Shown one piece after another: positions 33,882 to 40,000 of a DNA stretch of 40,000 nucleotides (within the stretch, counting starts at the first letter, position 1; each line of letters begins with the position of its first letter). Below the pieces are notes generated by a model. It worked only from the letters and a program-made list of their open reading frames with translations, searched no databases and was not told the origin of the DNA. Where the stretch lies: contig NC_009051.1 of assembly GCF_000015825.1 (NCBI RefSeq), positions 698,695 to 738,694 on the forward strand, written 5' to 3'. A program made the position numbers and the translations under genes. This DNA is from Methanoculleus marisnigri JR1 (GTDB taxonomy: Archaea; Halobacteriota; Methanomicrobia; Methanomicrobiales; Methanoculleaceae).

Positions 33882-35224
33882 GCCATCATTATCTCCCGGT
33901 ACATGGCGTCCGCGACGGCCGGGTCCTTTGCCTCGATCATGATCCTGATCATCGGTTCCGTGCCCGATGCCCGCACCAGCGCCCAGGCGTTGTCCCTGAC
34001 GATCTTGATGCCGTCGATCTTCTCGACGGTCTCTCCCGTGAATGCCTCTTCGACGGCGCGGACCAGCGCCGCCGGGTCGGCGGTACGGTATTTCTCCTTG
34101 ACCAGGTGATACGCGGGGAGTTCGTCGACGATATCCGAGAGTTTTCTGTCCTGATGGCTCGCGAGCACCGCCACCATCATGGCGGCGGTCATGCCCCCGT
34201 CCCGGCAGAACTGGTGGTCGGGGTATATCAGCCCGCCGTTTCCTTCGCCCCCGAACGAGACTTTCCTGCCCTCGCCGATCAGCTCGATCATCCTCCTCGC
34301 GACGTAGATGCTCCCGACGGGTGTGTAGTCGACGGTGCAGTTGTGTTTCTCCGCGATATCCCGGATCAGCCGGGAGGTGGCGACCGGGGTGACGACGAGT
34401 CCGCCGCCGTTTCTACCGCAGACATAGTCCTCGACCAGACCGAACTCGTAGTTCTCTTCTATATAGCGTCCTTTGGTATCGACGAAGACCGCCCGGTCTG
34501 CGTCGCCGTCGTGCGCCACCCCGAAGTCGGCGCCCGTAGCGAGTACCATCTCCGAGAGGGGCTGCAATCCTTCGGGGGTCGGTTCGGGCATCCGGCCCGG
34601 GAAGGTGCCGTCGAGCCGGGCGTTGATGGTATGGACCCGGCACCCCATTCTCGAGAGGATGATCGGGGTCGTGAGCGCCGCGGGCCCGGAACCGGGGTCG
34701 ACGACGACGGTCATCCCCTTGCCGATGCCTTCCGGGAAGTGGTTCACGACGGCCTCGATGTACTCCTCCAGCCGGTCGGGTGCGGCGCTCTCGCTGCCGA
34801 CGCCGTCCCAGTCGACCACATCGAACTCCTCCGCAAAGAACCGGCCTTCGAGCCGGATGATCTCCTCATCGGACATCTCGGTGCCGTCGGCCTCGACGAT
34901 CTTCACGCCGTTGTACTCGGGCGGGTTGTGGGATGCGGTGATCATCGCGCCGCCGGCAAACCGGTTGGTCTTTATGATGTACTGCAGGGCCGGGGTGGGA
35001 AGGACGCCCACGTCCACCACGTCGCACCCGGTCATCAGGAGCCCGGCCTTGAGGGCATGGGTCAGGGCTTCGCCGGACGTTCGCGTGTCTCTGCCGACCG
35101 CAATGGTGCCCCTCCTCATCGATCCGAGCGCGGCGCCGATCTTGAGGACGAGGGTCGGCGTCATCGTCTCTCCGATCACGCCCCGCACGCCGTTCGTTCC
35201 AAACATCTGTTTTCCGTTTCGCAT
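33854..35224 (-). CDS. glmM: phosphoglucosamine mutase / phosphohexomutase
   Basis: 456 aa. Active-site loop TASHNPPEYNGVK, metal loop AHDGDADR, N-terminal FGTNGVRG. Alternative start at ATG 35206. Confidence 0.85.
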   Translation of the reverse strand: MRNGKQMFGTNGVRGVIGETMTPTLVLKIGAALGSMRRGTIAVGRDTRTSGEALTHALKAGLLMTGCDVVDVGVLPTPALQYIIKTNRFAGGAMITASHNPPEYNGVKIVEADGTEMSDEEIIRLEGRFFAEEFDVVDWDGVGSESAAPDRLEEYIEAVVNHFPEGIGKGMTVVVDPGSGPAALTTPIILSRMGCRVHTINARLDGTFPGRMPEPTPEGLQPLSEMVLATGADFGVAHDGDADRAVFVDTKGRYIEENYEFGLVEDYVCGRNGGGLVVTPVATSRLIRDIAEKHNCTVDYTPVGSIYVARRMIELIGEGRKVSFGGEGNGGLIYPDHQFCRDGGMTAAMMVAVLASHQDRKLSDIVDELPAYHLVKEKYRTADPAALVRAVEEAFTGETVEKIDGIKIVRDNAWALVRASGTEPMIRIMIEAKDPAVADAMYREIMMAATGRRARA

Positions 35225-35228
35225 CCCA

Positions 35229-35984
35229 TCACTTCTCCACGTCGTGTAGTTCCCGTTTCAGCCTGTCGATGGCGTTGGCAGCGGCGGCGAACGCCTCCTG
35301 CCGGTGTTCTGCAAGTATAGCAAGATATGTTATATCCTCTCCGGCATAGAGTCGCCCTTTCCGGTGATAGAACCGGGCACCGATGATTCCCGGGACGGTT
35401 TCCATCTCTTTTCGGATCCGCTCCGCAACGGTGTCGACGGTCTCGTCGAAGTCCATATGTTCGGTCCGGTCGTCCCCCGACCATTCCCTGACGATCCCGT
35501 TGAACGTGAGGATGGCCCCGGCGTGCGAGACGTCGCACTCGCGCTTCAGTTCCCTGACCAGCCCCTCGACGGTATAGTAGTCCTCGAACCGGTCGAGTGC
35601 GGCGATCGCCTCCTCGATAGTGGGGTTGCGGAGCACGACGTTCTCGCTTTCGAGATCGCCGATCACTATCCGTGGAAACGATCTCGACTTGAACCCCTCG
35701 AGTATAGCATACTCAACCCCGGCGTTGCAGAGGATCTCCAGTGTGGAGTTAAGATCGTTCTCGCGCCTGACGATGACCGACTTCTCCTCGTCGACACCGC
35801 CAGATATAGCAGCATACGATTCATAATACAGGGTCGTGTCCTTTCCGGGCTCGAGCGAAAAGCCGTGATGTCCCAGGTGTTTGACTGCTCCGACGGTCCC
35901 TTGTTTGGAAAGCGCCCCGATCAGGCTCTTTATGAACGTGGTCTTCCCGGTGTTCGAGCGGCCGACGATCTGTATGATCTTCAT
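35229..35984 (-). CDS. mobB: MobB (molybdopterin-guanine dinucleotide biosynthesis protein B) fused to a MoaE-like C-terminal domain
   Basis: 400-aa ORF trimmed to ATG 35984 (MKIIQIVGRSNTGKTTF...). P-loop GRSNTGKT. The C-terminal ~115 aa resemble MoaE (HAGAILTFNGIVRE...); this assignment is less certain. ATGA overlap with the upstream gene. Confidence 0.75.
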   Translation of the reverse strand: MKIIQIVGRSNTGKTTFIKSLIGALSKQGTVGAVKHLGHHGFSLEPGKDTTLYYESYAAISGGVDEEKSVIVRRENDLNSTLEILCNAGVEYAILEGFKSRSFPRIVIGDLESENVVLRNPTIEEAIAALDRFEDYYTVEGLVRELKRECDVSHAGAILTFNGIVREWSGDDRTEHMDFDETVDTVAERIRKEMETVPGIIGARFYHRKGRLYAGEDITYLAILAEHRQEAFAAAANAIDRLKRELHDVEK

Positions 35985-36553
35985 ATCTCCTCCTTTTCTT
36001 CTTGACTCTGTACTTCCGGCTCCTGTACTTCCTGGCTCTCGCCTTCCTGGCCTGGCCGGGTCTTCAGGATGACCGAAGCCGCCTCGGCCACGCCACGCAT
36101 CACCTCGGTGATCCGGTCCTCGACGTCGATCTCGTCGTCGAGGTTCAGGCTCGTTCCTTCCACCTCCAGCAGGAACCGGGCGACTTCGCTTGCCTCGAAG
36201 AGGATCTCGTCGAGTTCCTCTGCGGTGAAAAAGCCGCACATGGCCCCGTAAAAGAACGTGGCACCTGCTTTCTTCACCTTCTTCTTGAACGAGCTCCTTG
36301 CCTGGTTGACCGCCTGCGGGGAGTAGGAGTCGACCATGAACGGGCAGAGTTCGGGGAGGTTCTCCCCGATGAACGTCATCTCCGAGCCGCTGGTGGTCTT
36401 GAAGTCTGCGCAGAGGCGTGCGATCGCCCACTCGCGGGCGGTGATGTGGGTGTGTTTGCGCAGGAACTGGTTGACCCGCTGGTAGGTGGCGCCATCCACC
36501 TTCTTGAATTTCTGGTACTTGTTCGGGTCTTTGATGCTGTCAGGTTCTTCCAT
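35981..36553 (-). CDS. hypothetical protein with acidic C-terminal tail
   Basis: 190-aa ORF of normal composition. GAGGT Shine-Dalgarno about 8 nt upstream and an AT-rich upstream region. Possible helix-turn-helix-like segment (HITAREWAIARLCADF). Tail EGESQEVQEPEVQSQEEKEEI. Confidence 0.6.
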   Translation of the reverse strand: MEEPDSIKDPNKYQKFKKVDGATYQRVNQFLRKHTHITAREWAIARLCADFKTTSGSEMTFIGENLPELCPFMVDSYSPQAVNQARSSFKKKVKKAGATFFYGAMCGFFTAEELDEILFEASEVARFLLEVEGTSLNLDDEIDVEDRITEVMRGVAEAASVILKTRPGQEGESQEVQEPEVQSQEEKEEI

Positions 36554-37712
36554 TTTATCTACCTCTTGTTGGTTTTGCTATTTCAATAATAAGGCTGGTT
36601 GAACGGTGGTTCAAAAGAAACCGGATGCGCCGCCGGGATCGGTCTTGTCGTGCGGGTGCTGCCGGTGTCACGATCGCCCTCTGTCATGATATAGCATCAT
36701 AAGGTTTATGTCTGTCTCTTTGCTCTCGGGTTCGGGGCGGTGATCCGGTCATCGGAGTGGGCTGTTCTCCCGTTTGCGGCACAATAATCGGCTCGAGTGC
36801 TCGATAACGGTTGACGGGTGAGATCGTATCGGGCTTCGGAGGTGGTCTTGATCGTGGTGGGGGGCCCCGTGGCGTCCGGAGGGCGGTATGTGGAAACTCA
36901 TTTGGGCTTCGGACTGCTTTGAACCCACAAACCCTGCGTTTTCAGGGCTCAGCGGTGCCCGAACGGTCCCGGGGCATATGGGCTTTGAGGGTGCGGCACC
37001 CGGGTAAATGCCCGGCAGTACGGATCTTCATCAAATTGGTTTTGTCCTGCCCGATCTCCCGGAGCGCGCCGTTGCCCCGATTTTTGGGTGGTCATCCGGA
37101 TCCGGTGCCCTCATATCGCGATTCTGAGCCGGGATCGTAATCCTTCCCATGCAAGAGGTTGTCTGAGGGGCCGATCGGGTGTCTGTGCTCGCATGTGGAG
37201 TTCATTTATATATGGGCGCCCGGCGGGGGTCGCGTGGCACCGGTGTTGTTCCCGGATCGTTCACTTTCTCCCCGCGCGGTATGGGGTTCATATACCTGAA
37301 AAGGAACGTATTCAGTAGGGTTTGCTTCCCCGCCCCCACCTGGGGCGCAGCCCCTCATACCTCCGAACTCCGAAGCAATCTGCATCACCTTCCGTCCATT
37401 TTTTAAGTATCCGGGTCTGCCCGGCCTTTCTGCAACTTTCTGGCGCGTTTTAGGTGTGTTCCGGGAACTGTGGGTCGCCTCCCGCGGCGGCATGGTCCGG
37501 GGGGTAATTGCTCTCGTTTCTCGGCTATTCGCCTGCCCCTCCCGGGGTATCGGGAGATCGGCGGGTTCCTGCGGCCGGGACGTGTCTCTTTCCTTAACGG
37601 CTCTCCCGGTGCGAGTGCCGTGCGGTCGGCTGGTGGGTCTCCCATGCGCCGGGCCCGCGTTCTCTGGCGGCAGAATGCGTTGCGGGGAATAGGCATTTAC
37701 CGCAATCTTGAT

Positions 37713-38654
37713 ATGCTCGGTTATTTAATTTATTGTACAATGGATAACGCCTGTTTCTCGGAATGGCTGGATCGCTTCAGCAGTTACCTCCGGATGCGGA
37801 ACTACTCGCCCCGGACCATCGAAAAATACCTGCAGACCATCCGGCGTTTCGCCCGATACGCCTGGTTACGACAGAACTCGGACGGGGTCTCGTTCGATGG
37901 GGCTGCGTTCGAGAACGCTCCGCTGGATGCCGACGTCAACGTCTCTTCGGCTCTCGTCACCGATTTCTTCTCTTACTTATCGGAACAGCAGGACTACAAG
38001 CCCAAGACCCTCCACCGGATGATCTCGACGCTCTCTTCGTTTTACAAGTATCTCTACGTGCAGGGCGCCGTGGTCGCCGACCCGATGCTCGGGGTGGAGC
38101 GGCCCCGGATCAAGAATCAGGAACTGAAATATCTCAAACACAGCCAGGTTCTCCGCCTGATCAACACCATTGAGAGTGAGCGCGACCGGCTGATCGTCCG
38201 CCTTATTTACGCCACCGGTGTCCGTGTTTCGGAGCTTTGCGCGATATGCGTCGAGGACATCGATTTCGAGGAACAGACGATACGGGTGAAGGGTAAAGGC
38301 GATAAGATACGGACGGTTTTCATCGACGAGGAGACTCTCGAAGAGATTAACCGGTTCATCGGCAACACAATCGAGGGGCCGCTCTTTTCAGGTCAGCAGG
38401 GCAACCACCTCTCCCCGCGAACCGTCCAGCATCTCTTCAAGCAATACGCTCCTTCCGGGATTACACCGCATAAAATCCGGCATTCCTATGCGAGTGAACT
38501 CTATCGCCGCTCGAAGAATCTCCGCGTCGTGCAGGAGAACCTGGGGCACTCCTCCATCAAGACGACCGAGATCTACCTGCACACCGACATCGACGAGCGC
38601 AAACGCGTCTATCAGCAGTATTTCCCGCTCTCGAACGGAAAAAAAGAGGAATGA
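37713..38654 (+). CDS. tyrosine recombinase / integrase (XerA/XerC-like)
   Basis: ORF 37470-38654 trimmed to ATG 37713 (alternative ATG 37740, MDNACFSEWL...). N-terminal SAM-like core-binding domain. Catalytic residues R (ATGVRVSEL), HxxR (HKIRHSYAS) and H...Y (GHSSIKTTEIYLH). Confidence 0.88.
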   Translation: MLGYLIYCTMDNACFSEWLDRFSSYLRMRNYSPRTIEKYLQTIRRFARYAWLRQNSDGVSFDGAAFENAPLDADVNVSSALVTDFFSYLSEQQDYKPKTLHRMISTLSSFYKYLYVQGAVVADPMLGVERPRIKNQELKYLKHSQVLRLINTIESERDRLIVRLIYATGVRVSELCAICVEDIDFEEQTIRVKGKGDKIRTVFIDEETLEEINRFIGNTIEGPLFSGQQGNHLSPRTVQHLFKQYAPSGITPHKIRHSYASELYRRSKNLRVVQENLGHSSIKTTEIYLHTDIDERKRVYQQYFPLSNGKKEE

Positions 38655-38883
38655 TCGGGCTCGTCGGCGATCCGGATGAACTGCATGATGCTATATGGGT
38701 TCGACCCGGCATGGGATCTCGGGGTGCAGCCGTGTTGGGTGGGGTTCCCGGTGTCTGCACCGGTTTATTATTGTGGTTCTTGCGTTAAGGGGCAAGGAAT
38801 CTACTGAACCCACTTCCGTGCCTTCGCCCTCTTCTCCTTCTCTCCCGGCAACGCTCAAATCACTGGAGCGCCTATCAGTCCAT

Positions 38884-39819
38884 ATGCGTTACATCGTCAC
38901 GGGCGGGGCGGGGTTCATCGGGTCCAACCTCGCAGAGCGGCTGGCACGCGATGGTCACGAAGTCGTGATCTTCGACGACCTCTCCGCCGGGCGGCGGGAG
39001 AACATCGAGCATCTCCTGGTTCATCCCCGGGTGACGTTCGTCGAGGGGAGCGTCACCGATCTCGCCCTGCTTGTCGATGCCTGTGCCGGAGCGGACGGCA
39101 TCTTCCACCAGGCGGCCGTCGCTTCGGTTCCCCGATCCGTAGCAAACCCGCTGGAGACGAACGAGGTGAACGTGACCGGAACCCTGAACGTTCTCTGGGC
39201 CGCAAAGGAGTGCGGCGTCCCGGCGGTCGTGGCGGCTTCCACCTCGGCGATCTACGGTGACGATCCGGTCTTCCCGAAATGCGAGACGATGGCGCCGGGA
39301 CCGCTCTCCCCCTACGCGGTCTCGAAGCTCGCGGGCGAGCACTACGGGAAGGTGTTTGCCGACCTCTATGGTATCCGGACGGTATTCCTGCGCTACTTCA
39401 ACGTCTTCGGTCCCCGGCAGGACCCGAACTCCGAGTACGCGGCGGTGATCCCGAAGTTCATCACCCGCCTGCTCGGGGATAAGCCGCCGATCATCTACGG
39501 CGACGGAGAGCAGACCCGCGACTTCATCTTTGTCGGCGACGTGGTGCGGGCGAACATCCAGGCGATGGAGGGCGGCGCCTCCGGCGTCTTCAACATCGCC
39601 GGGGGCAGCAGGATCAGTTTGAACCATCTTGCGTCCATTCTCGCGGAGATCACCGGCATACACCACCGGCCGGTTTATGAGCCGCCGCGGCCGGGGGACG
39701 TACGCGACTCGCTCGCCGAGATCACCCGGGCCCGAGATGCCTTCGGGTTCTCTCCCCGCTGTACGCTTGAAGCGGGGCTCCGCGAAACCGTGGCGTGGTT
39801 CCGCGACGGCGGCCGGTAG
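38884..39819 (+). CDS. NAD-dependent epimerase/dehydratase (extended SDR; UDP-sugar 4-epimerase-like)
   Basis: ORF 38695-39819 trimmed to ATG 38884 (MRYIVTGGAGFIGSNL...). GxxGxxG motif and catalytic YxxxK (YAVSK). Confidence 0.88.
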   Translation: MRYIVTGGAGFIGSNLAERLARDGHEVVIFDDLSAGRRENIEHLLVHPRVTFVEGSVTDLALLVDACAGADGIFHQAAVASVPRSVANPLETNEVNVTGTLNVLWAAKECGVPAVVAASTSAIYGDDPVFPKCETMAPGPLSPYAVSKLAGEHYGKVFADLYGIRTVFLRYFNVFGPRQDPNSEYAAVIPKFITRLLGDKPPIIYGDGEQTRDFIFVGDVVRANIQAMEGGASGVFNIAGGSRISLNHLASILAEITGIHHRPVYEPPRPGDVRDSLAEITRARDAFGFSPRCTLEAGLRETVAWFRDGGR

Positions 39820-39929
39820 CCGTTCCGGGCACCCGGTTGCCCGATTGGGGGTCGCCAGGCTCCCGGGCACGGCAGGTGCAGGAACCTATATATTGTTACT
39901 CCGCAGTAAGAGGGGCTAGGTGCAGACGT

Positions 39930-40000
39930 ATGCCCCAATTGGTTACACCGGAGGCCCGCAAGGGTAATGAAAGAGATACGTCACGGGCGTACAGCGACGT
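39930..40000 (+). CDS. possible 5' end of a CDS running off the window
   Basis: ATG 39930 preceded by SD-like aggtg (8-12 nt upstream) and TATA-like ctatatatt (39886-39894). Open to the window edge (MPQLVTPEARKGNERDTSRAYSD...). Too short to identify. Confidence 0.3.
   Translation, partial: MPQLVTPEARKGNERDTSRAYSD

Noticed and set aside
33713-35320. 535-aa plus-strand ORF opposite glmM
   Set aside because: Antisense shadow. The minus strand has the phosphohexomutase active-site and metal-binding loops.
36600-36625. tRNA T-arm-like string ggtggttcaaaagaaacc near the recombinase (possible att/tRNA target)
   Set aside because: The flanks do not form a 5-bp T stem, and no acceptor, D or anticodon arms can be built around it.
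36554-37712. RNase P RNA or SRP RNA in the long non-coding region
   Set aside because: I could not find the conserved GGAAAGTCC (RNase P CR-I) or the SRP helix-8 GGAA/AGCA motifs on either strand. An Rfam scan is still recommended.
38875-39870. 331-aa minus-strand ORF opposite the epimerase gene
   Set aside because: Antisense shadow. The plus strand has GxxGxxG and YxxxK SDR motifs.

Overview
High-GC archaeal chromosomal segment. The gene content points to a methanogen of the Methanomicrobiales type (Methanoculleus-like); this is my inference from motif recognition, not a database search. Supporting genes are archaeal EF-1alpha plus ribosomal protein S10, a CetZ tubulin homologue, an F420-type LLM oxidoreductase, an Hps-RraA fusion, CobS/CobZ/archaeal-CobT cobamide loop genes, Amt-GlnK and a small Dsr-like sulfite reductase. 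I support about 34 CDSs. They are tightly packed, with many 1-17 nt start/stop overlaps. I saw no rRNA, tRNA or CRISPR array. Many long ORFs in the six-frame track are GC-rich antisense shadows, or 5' extensions that run into non-coding DNA. Points worth a second look: (1) A stand-alone Cas1 homologue (28737-29672) has no CRISPR, cas2, cas4 or polB nearby. It converges on, and overlaps by 19 nt, a two-gene operon encoding an 1188-aa all-alpha repeat protein translationally coupled (GTGA) to an acylphosphatase-like protein. (2) An uncharacterised envelope/glycoconjugate gene set (FAD oxidoreductase, GT2, flippase-like protein, YYY protein, plus a TIGR03663-like protein) flanks a cetZ operon that also encodes a surface-anchored protein. 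(3) A family of interspersed intergenic hairpin repeats has UNCG/GNRA-type loops and compensatory stem changes, and includes two G/C-tract palindromes with G-quadruplex potential. (4) A tandem DUF1538 pair is followed by a PII-like gene. (5) A GGAA-N6-TTCC NrpR-type operator sits at the amt-glnK promoter. (6) A 1.1 kb ORF-free region lies upstream of a lower-GC tyrosine recombinase.
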